Source of the DNA: Acidobacteriaceae bacterium
Lineage (GTDB): Bacteria > Acidobacteriota > Terriglobia > Terriglobales > Acidobacteriaceae
Assembly: GCA_025360645.1 (NCBI GenBank)
Contig: JANYBT010000042.1
Location: forward strand, 516 to 64,515
Length of the DNA stretch: 64,000 nucleotides
Direction: 5' to 3'
Below the pieces are notes generated by a model. That model saw only the letters and a list, made by a program, of their open reading frames with translations, did not search any database and was not told the origin of the DNA. A program made the translations under genes and the position numbers. This document shows, piece by piece, positions 35,682 through 44,938 of this stretch; the first letter of the stretch is position 1; each line of letters begins with the position of its first letter.

Positions 35682-36977
35682 TTGTGTGAGGCGTCCTTCT
35701 TGCTATTGACCATTGAAAAATTGGTGTATGGGGGCGACGGATTGGCGCGCTCTGAGCCCGGGCCCGATGGGCGCTCGCAAGCCATCTTCGTGCCTTTTGT
35801 GTTGCCGGAGGAACGGGTTGAGGCCCACATGGTGGAGCAGAAGCCTGGATTTCAACGGGCGGTTCTCGACCAGGTGCTGGAACCGTCGGCGCTGCGCAAG
35901 ACGCCGCTCTGCCCCTATTTTGAGCAATGCGGCGGCTGCCACTACCAGCACACTACTTATGAAAGCCAGCTTGCGGCGAAGGCGTCCATTCTGGCGGAGA
36001 CGCTGCAACGGATTGCAAAAGTCGAGCTCAAGGTTCCGCTGCAGATTCATCCTTCGCCTCCGCTGCAATATCGCAACCGGACCCGCTTTCAGGTGCGCCG
36101 CGAGCCGCAATTTGTGGCCGGACTCTACCGCCCGGGCTCGCATGAAGTGCTGAAAGTGGAAGAGTGCCCCATCAGCTCTCCCATGATCAATCGCGGCTTG
36201 TCATGGCTGCAAAATGCCGGCCAGGCAAGCTTCCCGGCGGGTGTCTCCGAAGTCGAGTTTTTTGCCAATGCCGAAGACAGCGAAATGCTGGTGGAACTGG
36301 CGATGGACGAAACCGCCGATCGTTGGCGGGTGCGGGCCTGGGTGGATCAGATGCGGGTGGATCTGCCTCGGGTCATCGGTTCGATGGCGTTCGTCAAATT
36401 CGAAGAGGACGCACAACCATTGGCGGTGGGCGCGTCCGAACTCGTGTACCGGACCGACCACGCCAGTCTCCGAGTCGCCGCAGGAGCATTTTTCCAAGTC
36501 AATCGCCACATGGTGGACAAGCTGGTAGAAGTGGTGACGCACGAGGAGAAGGGCGAGGCCGCACTTGATTTGTATGCCGGGGTGGGGCTCTTTTCCAGCG
36601 CTCTGGCAGGCGGGTTTCGTCACATTTGGGCCGTAGAGCCATCACCGACAGCCCATGGCAGTCTTTTTTATAATGCTCCTTCGAATGTGAAGGTGGTCCG
36701 CGCGCGGACCGAGGAGTACCTGGAGAACATGCCGGGACTGAGGAAGCCGGAGCTGGTGGTAGTCGATCCGCCACGCAGCGGACTAGGCAAGACGGTGGTG
36801 AAAGCCTTGGCTGCACTGCACCCGCCCCGGCTGACCTACGTTTCCTGCGATCCGGCAACTCTCGCCCGCGACCTGGGCCCGTTGCTGGTGGCGGGTTACC
36901 AGATCGAACAGGCACATCTGCTGGACATGTTCCCGCAGACGTTCCACATGGAAACCGTGCTACACCTCAAGCGCTAG
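35682..36977 (+). CDS. RumA/TrmA-family 23S rRNA (uracil-C5)-methyltransferase with TRAM domain and Fe-S cluster
   Basis: TRAM-like N-terminus (IEKLVYGGDGLAR), cluster CPYFEQCGGCHYQH, SAM motifs LDLYAGVG and VVDPPRSG, and catalytic YVSCDPATLARD. The start may be one of the in-frame TTGs at 35682 or 35700. Confidence 0.85.
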   Translation: MCEASFLLLTIEKLVYGGDGLARSEPGPDGRSQAIFVPFVLPEERVEAHMVEQKPGFQRAVLDQVLEPSALRKTPLCPYFEQCGGCHYQHTTYESQLAAKASILAETLQRIAKVELKVPLQIHPSPPLQYRNRTRFQVRREPQFVAGLYRPGSHEVLKVEECPISSPMINRGLSWLQNAGQASFPAGVSEVEFFANAEDSEMLVELAMDETADRWRVRAWVDQMRVDLPRVIGSMAFVKFEEDAQPLAVGASELVYRTDHASLRVAAGAFFQVNRHMVDKLVEVVTHEEKGEAALDLYAGVGLFSSALAGGFRHIWAVEPSPTAHGSLFYNAPSNVKVVRARTEEYLENMPGLRKPELVVVDPPRSGLGKTVVKALAALHPPRLTYVSCDPATLARDLGPLLVAGYQIEQAHLLDMFPQTFHMETVLHLKR

Positions 36978-36996
36978 CCTTCACCGCAAGGGAAGC

Positions 36997-39669
36997 GTGA
37001 GCCTCAACCACAATCTCCGGGCCATTCCGGGTGCGCCCCAGCCTGCGCCGCCCCGCCAGCCCATGCTATGGGCGGCGTTCGCGTTTGCTGCAGGAATCAC
37101 CGCTGGGGCAGGGAGCTGGCGTCCGCCGTTGTGGTGGGCGGTGGCCGTTGCGGCATTCCTGGCGGCCGCGTTTTACTTTCTCGCTCACCGTGTCTGGATG
37201 GCCAAGACGCTCGCGCTGGGGATGATGGTCCTGCTGGGTGCGCTGAACTTCCAGTTGCGCAACACTCCGGATTTGTCGCGTGGGCAGTTGCTGGAGTTTT
37301 CCGGCGACCGGGAAGTCGAGGTCACGGCTCATGTGACGCGAGGAGGCCGTCTCCGGGACATGGGGAAGGGCGCCGTTAGCGAGTCCCTGGATGTGGAGAG
37401 CGAGGAAGTGGTTGCGGATGGAGTGTTGCGACCGATCCGGGCGGGAATCCGCCTCTCCATCTTCGACAAGATCGCGGAGGAGCAAGGCCATTTGGCGGCG
37501 GACGTAGCGCCAGATTGGGCCCTCCACTACGGGCAGAGGCTGAAATTTCGTGGCAAGGTTCACTCTGCGCAGGGCTTCCACAATCCGGGAGCCTTTGATT
37601 ATGCCGCGTATCTGGCCGACACGGGAATCAGTGCACTGGCGTCGTCCAAGGCTGCCTCGGTGGAAATCCTGCCCGGATTTGCCGGGTACCGGGCGGAAGC
37701 GTGGCGAGCGCGGTTGCATCGCAGCATCGTGCGGCAGATCCACTCGCTCTGGGGGACTGAGGAAGCGGCGTTGATTGACGCGATGGTGATAGGGGAGGAC
37801 GCGTTTCTCCATCGCGGCACCCGAACGGAATTCCAGCGCTCGGGGACCTACCACATCCTGGTTGTCTCTGGCATGAACGTAAGCATTCTGGCCTTTGTGG
37901 TGTTCTGGGTGCTGCGGCGACTGCGGCTGGGAGAGATCGCGGCGAGCGTCACGACCGTCCTGGTATGCGTGGGATACGCGCTGCTGACCGCGGTCGGAGC
38001 TCCGGTGTGGCGGGCGACGCTGATGATGGCCGTCTATCTGGGGGCGCGTTTGCTGTACCGCGAGCGCTGCCGGTTGAATGCGCTGGGCGCGGCGGCGCTG
38101 GGATTGCTGATTGCCGACCCCAAAGCGTTGCTGGGAGCAAGTTTTCAACTCACGTTTCTGGCCGTGCTGATCATCGCGGCGATTGGAGTGCCGTTTCTGA
38201 AGCGGTCGTCACAGCCTTACGCGCGGGGGTTGGCCAATCTTTCGTTCACCAGTTATGACCTGGTGTTGCCGCCGCGGGTGGCGCAGTTTCGCTTGGACTT
38301 GCGCCTGATTGCCGAGGGGCTCCAGCCTATCTTCAGCAAACGGCTCGCGCTGCCCGCGGTGGGCGCAATCGTACGCGTCGGTCTGGCGGGCTTCGAACTG
38401 CTGTTCATTTCCGCTCTGATGCAAGTCGGGCTGGCCTTGCCGATGGCGTATTACTTCCATCGCGCAACCGTGATTGGGGTTCCGGCGAATGCGTGTGCGG
38501 TGCCGCTGACCGGGATATTAATGCCAACCGCAATCGCGGCGATCGCATTGAGCTACATCTCGTGGTGGCTGGCAAAACCCGCGGCGATGGTGGCGGCTTG
38601 GTCCCTCGCCGGCATCACCGGAAGCATGCGGTGGCTGGGGGCGGCGCGGGTGGCGGACCTGCGCGTGGCGGTACCGGTGATGGCCGTGTTGGTCGCCGCG
38701 AGTCTGGCTCTGGCAATGGCAATGTTGCTGGCGCGAAGGCGGCGGAGCCTGGCAGTGGCGGGGCTGTTGGCGATGGTGGCGGCGGCCATCGTCATCACCA
38801 TTGGCGGCGGCCATCCCGCCTTGCGCAAGGGAGTGATGGAGGTCACCGCCATTGATGTCGGCCAAGGTGATTCGCTGCTGCTGGTCTCCCCCGAGGGCCG
38901 GACGCTGCTGGTGGACGCCGGTGGGCTGCCGCTGTGGACGCATTCCGATTTCGACATTGGCGAAGAGGTGGTCTCCTCCTACTTGTGGTGGAGGGGCATC
39001 GAACGGCTGGACGCGGTGGCGGTTACGCATCCTCATGCCGACCACGTGGGCGGAATGCGCAGCGTGATTGCCAATTTTCATCCTGCGGAATTCTGGATGG
39101 GACTGGATGAGCCGAGTGGCGAGATGAAGCCCTCGCTGGAAGTAGCGGCCGCGATTGGGACCAAGGCCCGCATCTACAAAGCAGGCGACAAGTTCGAGTT
39201 CGGGGGAATGCAGGTGGAGGTGCTGGCGCCAGCGCGCACCAGTCCGGAACATGCCAAAGCCAATGATGACACGCTAGTGATGAACATTGGTTTCGGGCAG
39301 ACCAGTGTGCTACTGGAAGGGGACGCGGAACAGGCCACCGAGCGGGAGATCATTACGCAGCACACCCAGGCGGCGTTGTTGAAGGTCGCGCATCACGGCA
39401 GCGCCAGCGCGACGGCGAGCGAGTTGCTGGCGTCGGTCAGGCCACAGTTTGCGGTAATCTCCGCTGGGGCGCGGAATACTTACGGGCATCCCCGGCGGGA
39501 GGTGCTGCAGAGGCTCTCGGCGGCGGGCGTCGCCACCTTTCGCACCGACCTCAGCGGGGCGACCACGTTTTATCTGGATGGCCGCGAGGTTACGGCTTAT
39601 CTTCCCTGGCTGGGGGTGTATCCGTTGCCTCCTCGTCGCGCAGAGGGGTATGGCGGTACGCATCAATGA
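36997..39669 (+). CDS. comEC: DNA internalisation competence protein ComEC/Rec2
   Basis: Competence domain (GTYHILVVSGMNVSIL), many TM helices, and a C-terminal metallo-beta-lactamase domain (IDVGQGDS, VTHPHADHVGG, KVAHHGS). Confidence 0.9.
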   Translation: MSLNHNLRAIPGAPQPAPPRQPMLWAAFAFAAGITAGAGSWRPPLWWAVAVAAFLAAAFYFLAHRVWMAKTLALGMMVLLGALNFQLRNTPDLSRGQLLEFSGDREVEVTAHVTRGGRLRDMGKGAVSESLDVESEEVVADGVLRPIRAGIRLSIFDKIAEEQGHLAADVAPDWALHYGQRLKFRGKVHSAQGFHNPGAFDYAAYLADTGISALASSKAASVEILPGFAGYRAEAWRARLHRSIVRQIHSLWGTEEAALIDAMVIGEDAFLHRGTRTEFQRSGTYHILVVSGMNVSILAFVVFWVLRRLRLGEIAASVTTVLVCVGYALLTAVGAPVWRATLMMAVYLGARLLYRERCRLNALGAAALGLLIADPKALLGASFQLTFLAVLIIAAIGVPFLKRSSQPYARGLANLSFTSYDLVLPPRVAQFRLDLRLIAEGLQPIFSKRLALPAVGAIVRVGLAGFELLFISALMQVGLALPMAYYFHRATVIGVPANACAVPLTGILMPTAIAAIALSYISWWLAKPAAMVAAWSLAGITGSMRWLGAARVADLRVAVPVMAVLVAASLALAMAMLLARRRRSLAVAGLLAMVAAAIVITIGGGHPALRKGVMEVTAIDVGQGDSLLLVSPEGRTLLVDAGGLPLWTHSDFDIGEEVVSSYLWWRGIERLDAVAVTHPHADHVGGMRSVIANFHPAEFWMGLDEPSGEMKPSLEVAAAIGTKARIYKAGDKFEFGGMQVEVLAPARTSPEHAKANDDTLVMNIGFGQTSVLLEGDAEQATEREIITQHTQAALLKVAHHGSASATASELLASVRPQFAVISAGARNTYGHPRREVLQRLSAAGVATFRTDLSGATTFYLDGREVTAYLPWLGVYPLPPRRAEGYGGTHQ

Positions 39670-39901
39670 TGTTGCGCGCCGTCTCAGCGTCGGCCTCGCG
39701 AACCAGCACCACAGTGCCACCAATGGGGAGCGTGTCCTGGGGAAAGTCGAGCGAGCTGAGGGCAGCGTCAATGCCGGCGGATTGCAACAGGCCCTGCACG
39801 ATTTGCGCTTCCGTTTCCTGCTCAGAGTCGAAAATCCGCACTAGATTCTCGGTGGGCTCAGGTGCGGGAGTAGTTGAGGGTGTATTCGACGGCTCAGACA
39901 T
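39590..39901 (-). CDS. DUF2007-like small protein (putative signal-transducing protein fold)
   Basis: LVRIFDSEQETEAQIVQGLLQSAGIDAALSS...GGTVVLVREADAETARNII is the typical DUF2007 pattern. Its 3' end overlaps the comEC 3' end by 80 nt. Confidence 0.6.
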   Translation of the reverse strand: MSEPSNTPSTTPAPEPTENLVRIFDSEQETEAQIVQGLLQSAGIDAALSSLDFPQDTLPIGGTVVLVREADAETARNIIDAYRHTPLRDEEATDTPPAREDKP

Positions 39902-40047
39902 GAGTGGCTCCTACTCCATAGTAGCGCGATTGCGGGCCGGTGGTCAGGCCGAGCGCCGCCGAAGCTTTTAGATTTGTTGTAGTCATGATTCGGGCTGGTG
40001 TAGGGTGATGGCATGAAAACAGAAAGGGCAGGAGGCGCAGTCTGAAG

Positions 40048-40776
40048 GTGAAACGTCTCGTCACTGGGGGGATGATAGTGGCCGCGATCACAATGGCTAG
40101 CGGCTGTGCGTACTTTCGCGGATGGATGGGCAGCGAGTCCACCGGCAAGACAGAGTTGCGCCAGAGTTTCGAGGCGAAGAAGTCGGCTCGCAGCTATCGC
40201 ATGAAGATGAGCCAGAGTATGACTGCCGGGGCGAAGCTGGAAACCGAAGTGGAGGTCGCGTGTCCCGACCGCGAGCGCATCGTCAGCCGATTGGGGCCCC
40301 GCACCTTTAAAACTATTCGCATTGCAGGCGATGCCTTCCTGCTCAACCCGGATGGGCAATGGGACAAGCTGTCTCTGCCGCCTCGCTCCATCCCCTGCGG
40401 CGGGAATCCCGGAGCGCCCGCCGCTTTCGCGCTCATGAACGAAGGTCGCGACCTCTCAGCGGTGGTCGGGGACATGCTCAACGACTCGCGTTGGACTGCG
40501 GAAATTACGCCGGGATCCAGCACTCATTTCGGGAGCGACGCCTGCCAGGAGTGGACCGTGTCCTTTCATCCGGCAAAGGGGAGCCCGTCCTCAGATGACC
40601 CGGGGAGTGAAAAGTCCACGTTGTGCATTGGAACCGCAGACCATCTGCCGCGCCAGTTCACTACCGGTGACGGGGCCACAGTCATTACTTACCTGGATTG
40701 GAACAAGCCGGTGGAGATCACCGCACCGACCGTGGAGAACCGGCCAGCCCCGAGCGCGCCAGTGCGGTCGTATTAA
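40048..40776 (+). CDS. Hypothetical lipoprotein
   Basis: GTG start with a lipobox (MKRLVTGGMIVAAITMASGC). No family recognised. Confidence 0.55.
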   Translation: MKRLVTGGMIVAAITMASGCAYFRGWMGSESTGKTELRQSFEAKKSARSYRMKMSQSMTAGAKLETEVEVACPDRERIVSRLGPRTFKTIRIAGDAFLLNPDGQWDKLSLPPRSIPCGGNPGAPAAFALMNEGRDLSAVVGDMLNDSRWTAEITPGSSTHFGSDACQEWTVSFHPAKGSPSSDDPGSEKSTLCIGTADHLPRQFTTGDGATVITYLDWNKPVEITAPTVENRPAPSAPVRSY

Positions 40777-40872
40777 TTTCGGCCGCGGAATTTCCCGTTC
40801 TGCAACCGGGGCGACTGCGCTACCATCCAATTGAAAAGGGAGCCCCGGTGAGGGTTTCCGGCGGAGGGGATC

Positions 40873-41172
40873 ATGGCAACGGCGGACCGCGATTTTCAGC
40901 CATCCAATTTGAACGAGCCGGATTTGGTGGACTCAGATACGAACCAGCATGAAGACGAACGCCGCAAGTTGCGCCGCCTGCAAGTGATGATGGGCATGGT
41001 GATGTCGGTGATTGGCCAGGACCCCAACCTGACCGTCGAAGAAGCCGCAGAACTCTCTGCCAACGCCAAACAGGCGGCGCTGGCTATGTTCCCCGACAAA
41101 GAACTGGCCTACGATCTGCTTTACAAGCCGCGCCTGCAACGGCTGATGAACGAACGCTTCCGCTTACAGTAG
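40873..41172 (+). CDS. Hypothetical 99-aa protein
   Basis: ATG ORF with protein-like composition, but no family recognised. Confidence 0.4.
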   Translation: MATADRDFQPSNLNEPDLVDSDTNQHEDERRKLRRLQVMMGMVMSVIGQDPNLTVEEAAELSANAKQAALAMFPDKELAYDLLYKPRLQRLMNERFRLQ

Positions 41173-41275
41173 CGGGGCACTGATCTGCATTCAGCACAAC
41201 CACTCGCACGACTCTTCCTCGGCCAGTGCTTTGACCCTATCCCCACTCCAGACTAAACTCCTTCATGTGGCTTTT

Positions 41276-42880
41276 ATGAAAACTTTCCTAGCTCTCCTCA
41301 CGTTCTGCGCCCTGGCTTGCAGCTTTGCGGCTGCGGATGAATCCCACCACGAAGAAGTCACGGCTGAGCAACTGGGCTCGGTGCACTTTCCCGTTTCCTG
41401 CTCGGCGGCAGTGCAGAAGCCGTTTGAAAAGGGAGTGGCGCTGCTGCATTCGTTCTGGTATGAGGAGGCGGAAAAAGCGTTTCATGGCGTGGAGAAGGAG
41501 GACCCCAATTGCGCTCTGGCCTATTGGGGTGATGCCATGAGCCGATGGCACCAGTTGTGGAACCATCCCGATGAGAAGGTTCTGGGCGAGGGGCGCGCGC
41601 TGGTGAAGCAGGGCGAATCAAAGCGTCCCAAGACCGCCCGCGAACGGGGGTACCTGGCGGCGGCGGAGGCCTTCTACAAGCCGGTCAAGATGGAGTACCA
41701 GGCGCGCGCCCAGGCGTATGCGGACGCGATGCAGAAGGTTTACGCCGGCAATCCCGACGACCACGAGGCCGCCACATTCTACGCGCTGTCTTTGCTGGCG
41801 TCAGAACCGGAGAACGACACCACGTTTGCGAACCGCAAGCAGGCGGCTGAGGTGCTCGAGAAAGTATTTGCGACCGACCCCGACCACCCCGGAGTGGCGC
41901 ACTACTTGATTCACAGTTACGACAAGCCGCAGTTGGCGAAAAAGGGTTTGCCGGCAGCGCGCCGCTATGCCAGGATCGCGCCCTCCGCGCCGCATGCTTT
42001 GCATATGCCATCGCACATTTTTGCGCGAGTGGGTATGTGGCAGGAAGACATTGATTCCAACCTGGCCTCGATTGCGGCCACGCGCAAGACGGCGGCTATG
42101 CACATGGGCGGTGCCGGTCATCAGTTCCATGCCATGGATTATTTGGTGTACGCCTATCTGCAGAGCGGGCGCGAAGCGGAAGCGAAGAAGGTGATCGAAG
42201 AAGTCGAACAGATGCCGCCGATGAAAGACATGTACGGCATGGGCTATGACCAGCGCGCGTCGGCGCTGAGCAATTTGCAGAGCATGGTTGTGGTCGAGTT
42301 GCATCACTGGAAAGAAGCGGCGCAGTTGCAGCCCGTGAAGGGCGGATCTGACGCGGACGAGGGCTGGATCTACTGGGCGCGCGCCATGGGCGCTGCCCGC
42401 AGCGGAAATCTGCTACAAGCCCGCACCGACGTTGCCAGAATGGAAGCCATTCACAAGCAGTTGCTGCAGGAGAAAGCGACACGCTTGGCGGCCAACTTGA
42501 CTGAGGCGATTGAGCAAGCGAAAGCCTGGGTGGGCCACGCCGAAGGGAAGAATGACGAGGCGTTGGCGAGCCTTCGCAAGTGGGCGGATAAGGAAGAGAG
42601 CGAAGGCGACGAGCCCCTGGCGATTCCAGCCCGCGAGATGGCGGCGGACATGCTCCTCGAGATGAAAAAGCCGGATGCCGCGCTGACCGAGTACAAGGCT
42701 GACTTAAAGTTCAATCCCAATCGCTTCAATGGACTGTACGGAGCCGGGCAGGCGGCGGACATGCTGGGGCAGTCGAGCCAGGCTAGCGGATACTACAACG
42801 CACTGCTCAAGTCGTGCGCGGGCGCGAACTCCGACCGTCCCGAACTGGCCCGAGCGAAAGCGCTGGTGGCGCAGAAATAG
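41276..42880 (+). CDS. Secreted TPR-repeat protein
   Basis: Signal peptide MKTFLALLTFCALACSFAAA. Repeated A..Y..A......P....A.Y helical-pair motifs run throughout (e.g. AEKAFHGVEKEDPNCALAYWG and YKADLKFNPNRFNGLYGAGQA). Confidence 0.6.
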   Translation: MKTFLALLTFCALACSFAAADESHHEEVTAEQLGSVHFPVSCSAAVQKPFEKGVALLHSFWYEEAEKAFHGVEKEDPNCALAYWGDAMSRWHQLWNHPDEKVLGEGRALVKQGESKRPKTARERGYLAAAEAFYKPVKMEYQARAQAYADAMQKVYAGNPDDHEAATFYALSLLASEPENDTTFANRKQAAEVLEKVFATDPDHPGVAHYLIHSYDKPQLAKKGLPAARRYARIAPSAPHALHMPSHIFARVGMWQEDIDSNLASIAATRKTAAMHMGGAGHQFHAMDYLVYAYLQSGREAEAKKVIEEVEQMPPMKDMYGMGYDQRASALSNLQSMVVVELHHWKEAAQLQPVKGGSDADEGWIYWARAMGAARSGNLLQARTDVARMEAIHKQLLQEKATRLAANLTEAIEQAKAWVGHAEGKNDEALASLRKWADKEESEGDEPLAIPAREMAADMLLEMKKPDAALTEYKADLKFNPNRFNGLYGAGQAADMLGQSSQASGYYNALLKSCAGANSDRPELARAKALVAQK

Positions 42881-42906
42881 GCGGTCCGCTCCGGCCACCA
42901 GCCGTT

Positions 42907-43929
42907 TCAACCTGCCATGGTGAGCACGGCCCGGAAACGCGCCCGGCCGCTGATCATCTGGTCGTACGCCTCCGCTGCTTTGGCAAGCGGAAACTTTTCA
43001 ATCATGGGGCGGACGCCGCTCTGCACGCTGAAACGCAGAGTATCTTCGGAGTCCTTCGCCGTGCCCGAGGGCCAACCCTGAATCGAGCGCCGTCCCGAGA
43101 TGAGGTCGAGGGCATTGACGGTGAGCGGCTCCCCGGGGGCGCCCACCACCACCAGCTTTCCGTCAGTCGCCAACCCACCTACCAACGCGGAGATGGATTT
43201 CGCATCGGGCGCAGTGGCCAGAATCATTCGCGCCCCACCAAGCTTCTGCAGGTTCGGCCCAACGCTGCCAGCGGCAGTGTCGATGAACTCATGGGCGCCC
43301 AGTTTCCTGGCCAGCGGAGCTTTGTCCTGGCCCCGCCCAATGGCCAGGGTGTGAAATCCCATCTGGCGCGCATATTGAATTCCCAAGTGGCCCAGACCGC
43401 CGATGCCTTGGACCGCGACCGTGTCCCCGGCTCTCGCTCCGGAGTGGCGGAGCGCATTGAACACAGTGATCCCGGCACACATCAGAGGAGCCGCTTCTGC
43501 TGCCGGCAAATCATCGGGCATCGCCGCTACGGCCTCCGAGCGAGCAACCATGTATTCGGCATAGCCGCCGTCAAAGCTGATGGCAGTAATCTTCTGGAAC
43601 TGGCACAGAACAAAATGGCCGCGCCGACAGGGCTCGCATTTGAAACAGTGTCCGCCATGCCAACCGACGCCAACCCGCTGGCCCGGCGTCCATTCCGTCA
43701 CACCGGCTCCGACGGCATCAACGCGTCCCGCAACCTCATGCCCAGGCACGCGGGGATATTCAATCCCGGGCCACACTCCCTCCTTCACCAGGAAATCACT
43801 GTGGCAGATGCCGCAAGCCTCAACCTTGATGTGAACTTGTCCGGGCCCGGGTTCGGGGATGTCGCGTTCTACCAATTCAAAGTCTCCACCGGCTTTGCTG
43901 ATCTGTACGGCTTTCATACGGGGCATCAA
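42907..43929 (-). CDS. Zinc-dependent NAD(P) alcohol dehydrogenase (MDR family)
   Basis: GICHSD, structural-Zn Cys cluster CFKCEPCRRGHFVLC, and Rossmann VAVQGIGGLGHLG. Confidence 0.9.
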   Translation of the reverse strand: MMPRMKAVQISKAGGDFELVERDIPEPGPGQVHIKVEACGICHSDFLVKEGVWPGIEYPRVPGHEVAGRVDAVGAGVTEWTPGQRVGVGWHGGHCFKCEPCRRGHFVLCQFQKITAISFDGGYAEYMVARSEAVAAMPDDLPAAEAAPLMCAGITVFNALRHSGARAGDTVAVQGIGGLGHLGIQYARQMGFHTLAIGRGQDKAPLARKLGAHEFIDTAAGSVGPNLQKLGGARMILATAPDAKSISALVGGLATDGKLVVVGAPGEPLTVNALDLISGRRSIQGWPSGTAKDSEDTLRFSVQSGVRPMIEKFPLAKAAEAYDQMISGRARFRAVLTMAG

Positions 43930-44015
43930 GGTTTCCTCAGGCTTTAGGATGAGTGCCGCGTGGGCTTGCCACGGTCCTTAGATGAGCCCAGCCCCAGATG
44001 GGTGCACTCCTGAAA

Positions 44016-44051
44016 CTCTCAACCTGAGTCTCGCAACCTGACTCTCGCAAC
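44016..44051. repeat. About 2.6 tandem copies of a 14-bp unit TCTC(G)CAACCTGA(G/C)
   Basis: ctctcaacctgag / tctcgcaacctgac / tctcgcaac, read directly. Located 87-122 nt upstream of the alcohol dehydrogenase start codon (minus strand). Confidence 0.6.
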
Positions 44052-44093
44052 AGTGTGCTCACGCGCGCGACCAAATCTTACTTGGCGAACGAT

Positions 44094-44879
44094 TCAGTGC
44101 TCGATTTTTATGAGGTGAAATAACAACGAGCCCCAGGTCAGCTTGGCGCGCATTTGCACCGGAGTATGATTGGCGTCATCCGTGAACCACACCCAGATTT
44201 TCCCTTTGCCCACCAGGGAACCGGAAGCGGCTTCGGCGGCGACGCGGATGGTTGAAAAAGTTCCGGCGGGAGACTTGATGACCTCGCGACCCTCCACCGT
44301 GGCCGCCACCAGCGCCGTCTTGCCCCCATCACTCAGCAGAAAGCGGTGCTCGGCTCCGGGCTGAAGGGGCAGCGAGGCCAGATAGTAGAAGCCGGTCATC
44401 ACGTCGGTCACGCAGCCGGGGACGTCATTCTCGACATGCTTGGTCTCGCCGGTCTTAAGATTTTTTTCGTCGAGAATGCTCTTGCGCGCCACGTTCTCAA
44501 ATCGGATCCGGGTCTCGCGCTTGTGGAAGCCTTCCTCGCTGTGTTTGAAAATCTCGGTGGAACAAAACGTACGCGGGTCGAATTTCGCCTCAAAGCGGTC
44601 GTTGACGGGATACAGCAGATTCACCACTCCGGACGACGCCCCGAACGCTACCACCCGATGCTCCGCGCCTGCCGCTTCCATCTTGACCGTGGCGGTGCCG
44701 GCGGGCACCAGATGCCACTCCACCGCATAGGTGTAAGTGCGGCCGAGCGGATAAGCATAGTTGGGCGGCGGCGGCACAACGCGGGCGTTCGGCGCCGCCT
44801 GCACCGTCGCGGTGGGCGTCTGCTGCGGCCGCGCCACCGTCGCCAGCAAAACCAGAAATGTGAGGACTTCAGCCTTCAT
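44094..44879 (-). CDS. DUF3108-domain protein (secreted)
   Basis: Signal peptide MKAEVLTFLVLLATVARPQ. YTYAVEWHLVPAGTATVKM ... DDANHTPVQMRAKLTWGSLLFHL matches the DUF3108 pattern as I remember it. Confidence 0.55.
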   Translation of the reverse strand: MKAEVLTFLVLLATVARPQQTPTATVQAAPNARVVPPPPNYAYPLGRTYTYAVEWHLVPAGTATVKMEAAGAEHRVVAFGASSGVVNLLYPVNDRFEAKFDPRTFCSTEIFKHSEEGFHKRETRIRFENVARKSILDEKNLKTGETKHVENDVPGCVTDVMTGFYYLASLPLQPGAEHRFLLSDGGKTALVAATVEGREVIKSPAGTFSTIRVAAEAASGSLVGKGKIWVWFTDDANHTPVQMRAKLTWGSLLFHLIKIEH

Positions 44880-44938
44880 GCTTTTGTCAGATGCGCCGAA
44901 CCAGAATGTAGGGTGCGAAAACAGGCAACGCGATCACG

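Noticed and set aside
42814-43947. 377-aa ORF antisense to the alcohol dehydrogenase gene
   Set aside because: Same reasoning: the ADH on the minus strand has GICHSD and Rossmann motifs, while the plus-strand translation is Arg/Gly/Pro-rich noise. The same applies to 47045-47959 (opposite hldA), 56067-57185 (opposite lptD), 3164-4180 (opposite wzc), 34850-35830, 22702-23517 and 23100-24068.
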